This document shows, piece after piece, positions 1 to 12,560 of a stretch of DNA of 64,000 nucleotides; the stretch's first letter is position 1, and each line of letters begins with the position of its first letter. The notes beneath the pieces are model-generated. The model had not been told where the DNA came from. It saw only the letters and a program-made list of their open reading frames with translations, and searched no databases. Source of the DNA: Mustelus asterias (lineage: Eukaryota); NCBI RefSeq assembly GCF_964213995.1, contig NC_135816.1, positions 47,430,001 to 47,494,000 of the forward strand, written 5' to 3'. A program made the translations under genes and the position numbers.

Positions 1-460
1 TGTTCACTGCATTATAGGAAGGATGTGATTACACTAAAGAGGGTGCAGTTGAGATTTGGGGATGATGCCAGGAGTATATAACTTTAGCTATGAGGATAGA
101 TTTGAAAGGTTATTTTCTTTGGACCAGAAGGCTAAATGGGTAATGTGAAATTGAGACCTAAAGTATTAAAGACCCATTTCCCTTGGATATTGATAAATGG
201 GAATGTAGATTTAATATTCTTGCTAGAAAGGTTGAGAATCTTTTTCATCCTGAGGGTGGTAGAGGGGTGTCCTAAGAATTCTGCCTGAAAGGGTGGTGGA
301 GGCAGAGACTTTAAATGTCTTTTTTAAAAAAAGAAAAATTACTTGGATGTTAAATGCTATAACCTACAGGGACTGGTCTACATTCCGAGATAGAAAGTGG
401 GATTGGGCAGGATGCATTTCTTCAGCTGATACAATGGGCTCAATTATTTCCTTTTCTGCC
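1..460 (+). mobile_element. Degenerate CR1 LINE 3' fragment
   Basis: Decayed CR1 ORF2 C-terminal sequence (..CATTATAGGAAGGATGTG.., AGCTATGAGGATAGATT, GAGGGTGGTAG..GGTGGTGGAGGCAG) followed by a CR1-like 3' UTR; boundaries approximate. Confidence 0.7.
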
Positions 461-964
461 GCAAGTGTTTCTGTTTCACTTGTTTTGAAATTATTCTGCT
501 GTATGCTATTGGCAAGATTGCTGCAGAAATTAGCATGAGATTGCAGCCATCCCAAACGTTATCAGAATCCAATTTGATATGCTACCTCAAACCTGAGAAT
601 ATTTTGGTCCATTTGACCTTGCAGAATGAAAGGCAGCTATCTTAAATAATTTAAGCATCTTGTTGGTGTTGGCTACATATTAGAATACCTTCATTAGGCA
701 GATCAAATTGTATTCTGAGCACATGACCTCTACAGCTATTGAGTATCTATTTTTGCTTTGCACTTGAGCATTACATATTGCCCTGAAATGTCAGTTAATG
801 AAAACAAAATTTGCATGTCTTGTGTACTACTACCCTATTAAGCAATAAGTTTTTAGGACGCTGAATGATTCAATTTGTTTCCAAAGTTGAATAATCCAGT
901 GCAATCAGCATTCGCAGCACTCTGTCATTGACAGAGCTATTGGGACAGATTTTGCTGTAGTCTG

Positions 965-1630
965 GTTTACAGCTTGGAAACAGGCCCTTTGGCCCAACTT
1001 GTCCTTTTTCTTTTAAACCCCTAAGCTAATCCCAATTGCCTGCATTTGGCCCATATCCCTCTATACCCATCTTATCCATGTAACTATCTAAATGCTTTTT
1101 AAAAGACAAAATTGTACCTTTCTGCTACTTCTGGCAGCTTGTTCTAGACACTCACCACCCTCTAAGACAAAATTGCCTCTCTGGACACTTTTCTTTGCAT
1201 CTCTCCCCTCACCTTAAACCTATGCCCTCTAGTTTTAGACTCTCCTATCTAGCTGATCTGTGTCATTATTTTAGACCTCTATAAGATCACCTCTCAGCCT
1301 CCTATGCTCAAGGGGAAAAATTCCAGCCTCTCCTTATAACTCAAACCAAGTCCTGGTTGCATCCTAGTAAACCTTTTCTGCGCTCTTTCTAGTTTAATAA
1401 TATCCTTTCTATAATGGGGTGACCAGAATTGCACACAAGATTCCAAGTGTGGCCTTAACAATGTCTTGTACAACTTCAAGATGTCCCAACTCCTGACTTC
1501 AATGTTCTGGCTGATGAAACCAGCATGCCGAATGCTGCCTTCACCACTCTGTCCACCTGTGACTCCACTTTCAAGGAGCTATGAACATGTACCCCTAGAT
1601 CTTTGTTCTGTAACTCTCCCCAACACCTTA
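965..1630 (-). mobile_element. CR1 LINE 3' fragment
   Basis: Minus ORF 1294..1479 reads LYKTLLRPHLESCVQFWSPHYRKDIIKLERAQKRFTRM, the typical CR1 ORF2 C-terminus; CR1 tail near 965-1000. Confidence 0.9.
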
Positions 1631-1908
1631 CCATTACTTCCTGAGTAGAAGTAACATTGAACCTAATAATTTTTGTGGCATGAGCAGCAAATTTTGGCAC
1701 CCATGTGCAGCTAAATGTGGACATCACAATTGCTGTGATGCCCTATTTGAAGCTGTATAAAGAATATATCGTGCTGGCTTCCCCACTCAAATACATTGCT
1801 TTGAAGTTACTGTGTTGCCTTAGGAACTAATTCCACAAATGAACTTGTTTCAAGAAAGACTTGGATTTATTTGGTGACCACCAGACACCAAAATACCTTG
1901 CAGCCAAT

Positions 1909-2214
1909 GGGCAGCATGCTGGCAGTGGTTAGCACTGCTGCCCCTCAGTACTGGGGACACTGGTCAATTCTGGCCTTGGGTGACTCTGGAGTTTGCACAT
2001 TCTCCCCATGTCTGTGGGCATCCTCGGGTGCTCTGGTTTCTTCCCACGGTGCAAAGATGTGTGGGTTAGGTGGTTTGGCCATGCTAAATTGTCCCTTTGT
2101 GTCCCAAGACGTATGGGGTAAATATGTGGGGTTATGGCATAAGCCTGGGTAGGAGTTGGTGCAGATTAGATGGGCTGAATAGCTGCCTTCTGTGCTATAG
2201 GGATTCTGTGATTC
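1909..2214 (+). mobile_element. HE1-like tRNA-derived SINE nested in an older Deu-type SINE
   Basis: tRNA-like head (GTGGTTAGCACTGCTG), body TTTGCACATTCTCCCC..GGTTAGG, CR1-derived tail ending GGATTCTGTGATTC; it splits an older minus-strand SINE (approx. 1850-1908 and 2215-2540). Confidence 0.85.
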
Positions 2215-3256
2215 TGAAGTGCAGTCACTATATTGTAGGAAATGTAGCAGTCCACTTGTACACAAACAGCAATGGGATAATGACCAAATCTCCTTTATGG
2301 TATTGATTGCAGAGCAAATATTGATTTGATCACTGGGGATAATCCTCACTCTTCAAAATACTAGTGAGTTTTTATACATCCACCTGAGGGCTGATGGGGT
2401 TTCACTTTTATTGTCTCATTACAGCACCTCCAGCAGTGACGCACTCAATGCTGCACTCGAGTGTTGATCTTGGAGGGTTTTTTTTAGCTGAAGTTCTGAT
2501 GAGACTTGAATCTACTTGGATGAGTGCTACCAGCAGCCATGGATGATTGTTGGTACCCTTTAATGATGCAGTTTAGCTTAATTACTGCTAGTCTCTAGCA
2601 CTGAAATTTAACTTGTGGAATCCTTTTATTAATTTTGTTAGATATCAGTACATCTGTTTTTTAGACCTGACTCAACTTTGAATTCACTACTTTAATTGAC
2701 ATTTGCTAGTTTGGACCCTTGCTGTACGCTGCTGCTTTTGCTGGTCCTGGATACTTTGTAGAAGCTGCTACTCTTTTTGGATATTGTAGTTCGTGTAAAA
2801 TCCCATAAGTTTAACCTTAAGGTTAAGAGTAATGGCTTGCTGCTCACTGCAAAATGTATCCGAACATGTTCATTCTGCAAGCAAGCTGTGCAGTGGATTT
2901 CAGTTGAACTTTAATCTTTCTCTCCGTATCTGAGTCACACCATGGGACTTCAGGAAGCAATTCCATACTCCTTTAGCGTTGAACCATGGCAATTGTCAAG
3001 TATGGATTTCATTTCTCCATGATTTTTGAAGTTTACGTGCCCTATTCTGAATAGTTGTGATATAAACCATTAATGAAATTTTACATTGCAGCCTTGAAAT
3101 CAGATGAACTGAGACGTTGCTTCAGAAATGGTACATTTGGCAAGAGCTGTCTGTAGCCTAGATTTTTAGTGCTATTGCTTTTCAACTTGACAATGTTTTC
3201 CCTCTGTTTGTCATTAAGCATTGTTGCATCTTCATAGTCAATTTTTTTCATTTCAG

Positions 3257-3303
3257 GTGATTTTGAAGAGGAACTAACTGCTGTTAATGGAGAAGTATAC
3301 CAG
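3257..3303 (+). CDS. CLTB: Clathrin light chain B, exon 2 (47 nt)
   Basis: tttcag|GT GAT TTT..GTA TAC CAG|gttggt; encodes (G)DFEEELTAVNGEVYQ; 47-nt size and VNG-x-V-x-Q end match CLTB exon 2; phase fits the next exon. Confidence 0.85.
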
Positions 3304-4383
3304 GTTGGTGTGGAAATAGTTTTTTAAAAATCCAGTAATTAAAACACCTTCTGTAGTTTCTCTGATTTTGTTTAATATATCAAACATCAAATTTGATTTG
3401 CAGTGAGTGAATTACTAGAGATGCTGAAATTAATTGTTTAGCAGATTTAAGTAAAATTGTGATGCACTGATTTTAGTTGTAAAACTTTATATAGTATATT
3501 AGTTTATATGTATATTAGTTAAAATATTCACTTGGTTTTTAAAAAAATCTTTACCCATTTGCAAATATTGTCCTTGTAACAATATATTGGCTTTGATAGT
3601 TGCTGTTAATTTTGGGTTTCGATCAAGAAGTTGACAGTGATTCAGAATGAAATGTTAGAATTTCAGTTCTAGGTTTTCCATAAAGCGCTGGCGAAGTTTG
3701 AAGTTTTTTACCCACAGGGTGAGGGTGGTTTGGAATTTGACTATTTGAAAGTGAGTGTTTAAATCCTAGAGAGCTATGAATGAATAGCTGGAAAGTGTGA
3801 TTAACATGGATAGCTCTTCCTTAGCCAGTATAGACACAATAGATCAAATGCTGTAAATTCTCTAGTGCACAAATTTTGAAGTGCATATACTCCAAATCTT
3901 CAGATTTTGTCATTAAACATCTTATTTCCAATTTGATTAGAATTGTTTCCAAGTGAACATGAGTTACTCTGGTGTGAAATTATGTGCAATGTGCCAGATG
4001 CTGGTGGAATTTACAATGCCCTTCCAGCAGGCAATCACCAGAATAAAAAGGCTTGGTGATTGACAGCAGGATGTGAATGTCATAGTTTGAAATCACTTAG
4101 GCATTGATGTCATAAATCACTATGCAAGTGGCTGATGTCACAAAGCTTAAGTGACTGCAACATATGGTGGACTAGTGTTCAAGGGATAAACCATCTTCAA
4201 AATGAAGAGAATAAAAACGCTGATTGGACCCATCAGAATGTTCTGGGTACTATAATATGCATATTTTAGCATAACATGAAAGACTTGAGAGTTGTCCATA
4301 TTCTTGTAGATTTAAGCAGCAGTTAATTGCAAGGTCCATGAACACAAATTGAGTTGTACTTGTGTAATCATCTGTTGATACAG

Positions 4384-4501
4384 GAATCAAATTGTTCAAA
4401 TGATAGTTATGCAGCAATAGCTCGAGCAGATCGCTTGAGCCAGGAACCAGAGAGCATTCGAAAATGGAGAGAGGAGCAGATAACTCGCCTAGAAGATCTT
4501 G
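4384..4501 (+). CDS. CLTB: Clathrin light chain B, exon 3 (118 nt)
   Basis: atacag|GAA..CTT G|gtaaga; ESNCSNDSYAAIARADRLSQEPESIRKWREEQITRLEDL, containing the conserved EPESIRKWREEQ heavy-chain-binding helix. Confidence 0.97.
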
Positions 4502-5102
4502 GTAAGAGGAACATTTTTGTTTAACATTGCATTAAACTGTCTTGTTTCTAATCAAAGCTTATCCACATTTTTTTTTCCTGCTACTATTTGGCCTAAAAAT
4601 TAGGAACTAAATTCTATTATTGTAGATGAGCACCTTTAACTCAAGAGAAAGAAGTTTGAAATGTAAATGCTACTAGTGTGGTAAAAGATTGCCTACACTG
4701 AAGAATATCCCTGTGTATTGCAGCTTGTGATTAACTTAGTCCCTGTATATTTTTCAATTTGCAGCAATTTTATTCAATTATACATGACAATTATTTGGTC
4801 ACTGAATTAACAATCTGTGGCAATCTTTTATTCTCAAAACCAAGATGTCCAACTTTTTTCTCTTGAAGAAAGCATATTCTGAGGGAAACCTTCAAAAACT
4901 GAAATTGGGGAATGTGAATGAATTTTGCTCTTTGTTTTGGACATTGGCCTGTTCTGTCCAAGAAAAGGTGTTGACCTGGAATTTAACTAGTTTATGCCAT
5001 GTGTGGAAGCTTTTCTCATCTGAATGACTGAAAAGATTATTCATCTAAACAAGTTTTTCACTTGCTGCTCCACAACTGTAGCATTGTTTTTCCTGTCCTT
5101 AG

Positions 5103-5214
5103 ATGCTGCTTCTCGGAAAGCAGAAATAGAATGGAAAGAGAAGGCAAGAAAGGAACTAGAAGAATGGTATGTTCGACAGAATGATCAGTTGGAGAAAATA
5201 AAAAAGAATAACAG
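5103..5214 (+). CDS. CLTB: Clathrin light chain B, exon 4 (112 nt)
   Basis: ccttag|AT GCT..AAC AG|gtatgg; (D)AASRKAEIEWKEKARKELEEWYVRQNDQLEKIKKNNR. Confidence 0.97.
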
Positions 5215-7111
5215 GTATGGCTAAAAAATTAATCTTTGCATTTTTTACAAACAAATCATTATTGTAAATGAGAATTGGTTCTCACCTAGTTAAATATATT
5301 GTAAAGTCTTGCCAAAAACTGACAACCTGCTGATTTCAAGTCAGTTATGAACCATAAATGGCACCGTATACATTTAGGTCCTAACCATTCTGCATTGATG
5401 ACCAAACTTAATGTCTGTCTGCAGAATGAAATGATTTCATTCTTGCCAAGTACAAGTGATGACACAATTGGAGTTTCAAAGTTGGTGAATTAAGCAATAA
5501 CCTGAACATTCAAAAATTGAATCCAGTGTAGTCTGAATTTAGTATTGCCATTTAAGTACAATTCACAAATTCTCACATTTGTTATACTACAGCTGGATGT
5601 CACATCTTCACTATGTACAGTTAAGAGTACGCTTTTTTTATAAGATCTCTTATGAAGGGGTTCATTTGCCTATACTATGTCTACAGCATGCTTGGAGTAT
5701 GATTAAATCTTGTGTTTTGGGTGGGGGGAGGTGGGGAGAAAGAGAAATGAACACCAGTCTGGATATTTGCATTTTGTCAACTGAAATAAAACTCTTTTCT
5801 TTTTTTAACTTGCAACATGTATTTCTCCAGTGCACCTTGCAGTTGCCAAACACCTGCTCTGGGGAAGCAGATCCCAAAAATATAGGCAAGAGTTGCTGAG
5901 GAACAGCTACACATTTATACAGGTTCTAAAATCTCTGGTGGTTATTGCAGAACTTTGTATGAGATGTTGATTAAATTCTAAACCAATGATAATACCTGTA
6001 AAGCAGATTTTTAATAAGCAATGCAAGTATTGAGCATTGGTTACAGAAGAATAATCAAACACTGCCATTTGGCAATTAGATCTCTAAAACCATGCACTTT
6101 TCAGAATTGGATCTCCAAGACCGTGCACCTTGCAGAATGTAGATATTAAGCCAATTAATACTAACCATTTGAAGGACTTCATTTCTCCATTTATGGGTAT
6201 TTACATCCAGGCACAGATCTCTGAAGGTGACAAGACAAATTGCCTTTTTTAATAAAGTCCTTTGCTTTATGGCAGAGTTCAAAAGCAAGCAAGGAACACA
6301 ATCCTTTTCGACTTGGTGGTGGGCCTTGGCCAAAGTGTTGTCCAACACACAGTTGTCAAAACCTCGGGTGCAGAGGACATTGGACTACTGCCGGGGAAAT
6401 GGACTTCCAATTGTGGAGGGGTTGGGGGGAACCTTTTTGCATAAAGTTGGTAACCCAGAGGGAGCAGATTTGAAAACCAACAAAATTCAGGACCAGTGAA
6501 GAAATTTAAGCTTTAATCTAGGTTCCACTGCCTGAAAAGTTGGGTGAAGCAGATTCAATGTCGCCATCTCAAAAGGAAATTGAGCATACAATAAGTGGAG
6601 TTGGATAATTGGATACACCATTATGATTCTCTAATTTGCAAAAGATCTCTTTTGAGCGAGAGCAATATTGTAACATTTGGGGGAAATCTGCAATACAATT
6701 TGGACAATTATTTGGGATGATTTGACTTTTATAAAGCATGCTTAGAGGCTTAATGTTTTGACAAATAACAATGTATAGCTGTTTGTTTCTGGAACTGTAT
6801 GCAGAGATAACAGATTTAGTGAAAATGGGGATTGCAAATTTAGTAGTCATTGTAAAATCCACTTTGCTTAGTGCTCTAATACTCTTTTCAACTGTAGATT
6901 TCCAAAAGATGACTTTCAACTTAACAATTCTAGTTTTATTACAGGCAAAGGTGAAATACTTGCTACTGCAAATACTAAACTCTTATTAAAATATTAACAC
7001 TGTCCTTCCTCTTTTTTCCTTTATCTTTCTCTACCCACCTGTTGCAACTTCTGTGCTCCTTTCCTGTTGGTCTGCGGGTTCACTTTCTGGACTAACATGC
7101 ATGTGCACTAG

Positions 7112-7165
7112 GATCGCTGATGAAGCTTTCTACAAACAGTCCTTCGCTGATGTGATAGGCTACGT
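7112..7165 (+). CDS. CLTB: Clathrin light chain neuron-specific cassette exon (54 nt, 18 aa)
   Basis: cactag|G ATC GCT GAT GAA GCT TTC TAC AAA CAG TCC TTC GCT GAT GTG ATA GGC TAC GT|gtatgt; IADEAFYKQSFADVIGYV, homologous to the 18-aa brain insert; symmetric phase 2. Confidence 0.93.
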
Positions 7166-10100
7166 GTATGTTTGCTACTTATTTTTCTTAGTTCTATAGC
7201 ATTTAATTTAGAATTCCATAGCTCTTTCAAATCTTAATGGAAGCACTCTGAGACTTGAAGGTGTTTTTACTATGTCTGCATTTTATTGAACAGTCCAGTG
7301 GACACATCCAATGCTTGTAGAACCAGATTTTTAACAGAGTTTTTTAATATGGGAATTTTAGTTCCACAAGGTGTAGATTAATTTTGAGGCTAGTTACATT
7401 GTTATAGGCATGGTTCCATTGTCTTTAACTAACTGTACTGCCTTAAGTGATGGCTACTCTGGTGATATTAGATGGAGCTAATTTGACATGCTGTTAAATC
7501 TCATTTTATCAATAGATGTACAGTACCTTTCAGAAGTCCATGAGTGATCATAGCACTGTCCCTAGCTACTCATCTGCACGGAGGCTAATTAAAATATCTG
7601 AGCTGGTTAAAGTCAGCTAGCTTAGTATGAACTGGGGATTGAATGCAAGACTCTTGAATGTCTTTTCTAATTCCGATGTTCAAACTTCATAGCGATCCAT
7701 TGAACTTTTTTCAATGTACTATTCAAGTACACACCCATTTAAAGACTATGCATGAATTTAAATACTGAATAAAGTATATCCTTGTTGTGGCAATTCCTTA
7801 GTTTTACAGCAAGCCTTCATTTAACATGTCAAAGACCATCATTTGAATATCATGCAGTTTTGGGCTGTCTGCTAAAGGAAGGATTGAGGCAAAGAAGAAA
7901 TTGATAAATATGTATAAAAGTTAATGTTTGGATACTGAGTTGTTTAACAATGAAATAATACAGTAGCAAAATGAGTTCTAGTGTTTTGAGTCTTGTAGAA
8001 CAAGATGTGGATGTAACCTAAGGTTACATTAAGACAAGATTTTTTTATACTTGGCTGTAGGGCTGTGAAACATATTATAGTTGGATGAAAGCAGAAACGA
8101 GGTTAGCTTCTAAGAATCAAGATGAGATGCTGGAAAAACTGAGCATCTTCAGGAGAGCAATAGCTAAAGAATAGTGGGTTGAAAAAAATATAACTAGTAG
8201 TTGAAATATTGGGCAACTAATGCCAGTTTAAAAATTCAACACTGCTGTACTATTTATAATTGTCTGATACCTCCTTTCCAGCTATCATTGCCCACTGTTT
8301 GGTCACCAATTGAAGCCAGTAGTCTTCAAACAAAGGCTATTGCTTCTGAATTTGTGCATTTCCCCATCTTTGGTGAAGGTCGAAGAAACAAAGTCAGGGT
8401 CAATTTGTGCACCAAAGTGGATAGCATTGGCCTTTGAGCATACTACTCTTCAGCAAAAGAGTAGTTGAGAACGTGCAGACCTGAAGTTATTTTACAACAC
8501 AATGCTAACAGTAAGCCAAGATTGAAGTAACTGAAATGGTGATGCTTGATACTGGCCTTGTACACAGGAATTTTTGAGCAGAGCTAATAGCTATATGATT
8601 AACTAAGAGCATCCAATGAGCCATGTGACATCTAATGTTCAAATAAGTTTTGGCTCCAAGTCACTAGGTCAAATTGGAAGTACTGGCTCCAATACTGCTG
8701 TTTTACCTATAGTTTTTTTGCAGTGAAGGTACCATATTTTCTATTTTAGATCTCAACGACTTGTCTGCATTTCATCTCTTAATTTCTTCATGGTTCAATG
8801 ACTACAGTAAGTCAAGATGTACTTGACCCATTTGTCTCCAGATATTCTGATCAAACTCCATCCCTTCATTTCAGTTCTATTCTTCATGCTGTAATCCTGA
8901 AAGTGTCTAACCTCTTAATCTGCTTTCAGACACATCTGTCCAAGCTGATCTTCACCCTCCTGGTAATGAGCGCAAAGGATATTTGGCTTTTGATTTCTGA
9001 CGTAACAAACTAAATTCCATACACTCTGGTTTGAAGACAAGTGTAAATCCAGAGAAATGGATACTATAAATGTTAATCTTAGATTTTCAATCCCAATTGA
9101 ATGAAATTTTGATAGTCCTTGTCCAAATTGGTATGTATTGTGATTGCAGTTTTTTTCACAAATTTGAGTACTTGTGACTTGCAAAGTCTTGCCCCCCCTT
9201 GTGTAAAGGAAAGTGACAAGGAGCTGAAAATGGAATATTTCTGTTCTTTTGCCGAACTGTGAAAAATTGGTTCAGTAGTTTAGTGGTTGATTCTGGACTA
9301 AACTTTAAATTAAGACATCACATCTCAATGCTGAGCTGTGATGTGAATTTAATAAATGCTGCACAGCCATAAATGGCATTAGCTATAGCTCAATCATTCC
9401 ACTTGCATGCAACAAATTACTCGGAACAAACATTATTTTAATGCACAGCTTGTTTGTTATGTTGTCATTTCAGTTTTCCATCAAATTATGCATTTCTTTA
9501 ACAATCCATCCTTTTAGTCAGTAGTGAATTTAAAATGTAGTCTAGGAGGAAGTGATATTGAATGGAAAGCTTGCTTTATGCATTGGTAATTCGGATACAT
9601 GCGAACAAATCTTGAAGTTAAGTTTAATCTGAGATTGAATTCTGTCCAGGTTGTTAACTTTCAAGTTTAGAGCAGCAGTGATGCTTTATTGAAAAAGTCT
9701 GGAAAATCAATATGAAGCCTTAAACTGTTGAGTTTTTATCTTCAGTATTATACAGAATGCTTGTGACTAAGTGTCTAGCCATACAGACATGAAGGTTCTA
9801 GATTCAATCCCTAGTCTCTTACTAATGCAATTGCTCTTGCTGGAGTAATGTTGAGAATACAAGTTATCCCATTTCCAGTTAAAGGACTGGAATTGCCCAG
9901 AATTTGTGCTCCCAATTGCTATGGCCAATCCTTGCTGGAACATTTTCTATTAAGCATCTGAAGGTGGGGTGGGGAAAAGAGATGGAATGCTAGGCTCTGC
10001 TGTAATAATTGATTAACCTGCCAGCTTGCCTGCTGAATAGCAACTGCAAGTATTGTAGGGCATCATTACTGCCTGCAACTATGCCAAGGAAGGATGCATT

Positions 10101-10251
10101 TCTTCAGAAGGTGGGGAAAATATTTGTAATCTTCAGTTGTAAATTTGCCAGAAGTAAGTAAGCTTCCACATTGAGCATGTATCAAAGTTTTGTTTGAAAA
10201 TATTCTGATGTGCTGTGTTAGTCTTGCCTCATCTATGGCTTATCATTTCAG

Positions 10252-10423
10252 AGCTGCTGAAGAGGCCTTTGTCCAGGATTGCAATGAAGATACACCTGGA
10301 ACAGAATGGGAGCGAGTGGCACGCCTTTGTGATTTCAATCCCAAAACCAACAAGCAGTCAAAGGATGTATCTCGTATGCGTTCTGTACTGATATCACTTA
10401 AGCAGTCACCATTAGTCCGCTAG
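10252..10423 (+). CDS. CLTB: Clathrin light chain B, last coding exon
   Basis: tttcag|A GCT GCT GAA..CGC TAG; AAEEAFVQDCNEDTPGTEWERVARLCDFNPKTNKQSKDVSRMRSVLISLKQSPLVR*, the conserved light-chain C-terminus. Confidence 0.97.
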
Positions 10424-10796
10424 ACAGATGTTACATAACACTATTTGTGTGGGCTGCCTTACTAGCTATATCTAGTTGGATCCCACAAATTGATGGCCAT
10501 TAGAATAGAAGGATGTGTTAGTCATTCCTGTTTGGACCAAACCATTGTAAATTACAAGATCTGTTTAAGTGATTTTTTTCTTTCAACTGTTCGTGTGGTT
10601 TAATGCCAATTTCTTGAGTTATTGGGCAATCCAGTAAAATGGTTACCTTCATACACTCCTGAATCTTAATGTTTAACTTTCTCAATTATTGATATCCCCA
10701 CACTGTCCTTGTGCTGCATCACATTACTATTTATGCATGAATTATGAGTGCAATCTATTGGCCCTTGTTTAAAAATCATGTTGACTACACTTATGC

Positions 10797-12560
10797 ATTA
10801 AAGGTTAAATATTAAATTGTTGTTTTCTTGTCTGTTTAAAACACTACATTGAACTAATGAAATTATTCCTGTGAGCATCCAAAACACTTCAGACACAATT
10901 ATCAGATCTGTGTATGATCACCCCCACCTTAAGGATCATGAAATACAGTATCTTTCCTTTGACTAACGTGTGGCCAATTTTAAGCATTTATGATTTCTGA
11001 TTCTGAAGCTCGGGCAATCTTGAAGTACCAATATACGCTTCCCCCCCCCCCCCCAACCACCTCCATATGTTCTAATTGACAGTATGGGGCTAAAGGATCA
11101 CCTTTGATAGACTGTGCCTCAGTGGGGCTTCTACATTTGTTTCTCAAATCTCTTGAAGTGTATGTGGCTGGGGGGAAAAATCTATTGCCCTAAAATTTGA
11201 GGATTGTCACTGCACAAACCTTTTGGCTATTCTAAAAATTCTTAGCATCTGGGAAGTTGCATCTAGTTGAAGTTTAAATCCTGAGTCCAACATCAGTCTA
11301 AATATTGGGCCTAATGTATGTCATTGGCATGGGTCTGGTCCTAGGTGAGGACTAGAGTTCAAATCCTAGTGCAGCTTACTGATTCAATAAAGCTGGAAGA
11401 GAATACATTTGAAAAGAATCTTTAGGGTTGTCTTTCTCCAACACAAGTGACTATCACTTGTCAACCTAGATGCACTACTTTGCATTCATTGAAGCCATGA
11501 TTCCCATCTTTTCTATTTACCCCCCACACCATGGGGGGTAATAAGACTATGATGCCCAAGCTAGTCCTATAGTTTGCATCCCATAAACACCCCAAGTGAA
11601 ATACCAAACTCAATGGCTGAAAAAGTCTATCTCCAGTGCTGTTTTTAATAGTCTTGTTCTCAACTAATGTTATACTCTTATTTTCTCCTTCCCCGTTATG
11701 TCTAGATCCTCCAACTGACAAAATGGCTAGTAAGTGACAGCTGCTACATAGCCCAGGATTAGGTTGTCTTTTCACATTCTGGTGCCCCATTCTGACAAAA
11801 TCTACATTGTCAAGGTCTGACTAGTGCACTCCTGCAAATATACTGGATTATGATTTCTTAGTAGTAAACACGTTTGACCTTGAATCTTCATTGCACTGTT
11901 TAGATTCCAGATGTTGAGGTAAAACATATGAAGTAATAGGCTGGCCTTGTTGCTTATTTCATACCCATACTCTGTGACACTGCACTAAAGTTCACGAGAT
12001 TGCATGTTGAGTAATTATTGACCATCACTAATGAGTAATGTTATCAAAGCCATGTTTAAGTAGTGAATCTCCAACTAGTCTAGACTACCAACTTAATTCT
12101 GACATTTGGAATGCTTTGTTAGTGCCTGTTTCTCCAGCTGCTCTAAAAAATGTAGTGACCAGCTGCTTCTGTGCTTCCTTAACTAACCATTGCAGCTTCT
12201 AACTCTACTGAAGTGTAAACAATCCAGGTGATTTCCTTCAATGATCCACCAATTTCTGTACCATTCCTATCTTGTGTGCTGTTCATTGTTTTGCTAAACC
12301 ACAATGTCCCAAAACACGAGCAAATGAAGTACTTTTTGAAGTGTTGTCACTGTCTTGTTAATAAAACTAGTACTATTTCTCCTGGTACACTGCTTCAGGG
12401 AACAAGAACTAAACTCCAGTGAATGAACTGATTATCTGAACAGAGTTATGTAGTAAATTCACCAATATTATTACCAAGGCTGCACAAACCAATTATTCAA
12501 ACTTCTATTTGTGGGTTTTTGGAACTTTCTCACTAAATACCATGTTTGATCTGCAATAAA
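10797..12560 (+). terminator. Candidate CLTB polyadenylation signals
   Basis: ATTAAA at 10797 and 10811; AATAAA at 11386, 12360 and 12555 in a repeat-poor stretch downstream of the stop; actual usage unknown. Confidence 0.45.

Noticed and set aside
6076-6990. Cluster of overlapping 60-116 aa ORFs in a CLTB intron
   Set aside because: No recognisable protein; part of the region resembles a decayed CR1 3' end (approx. 6240-6600).
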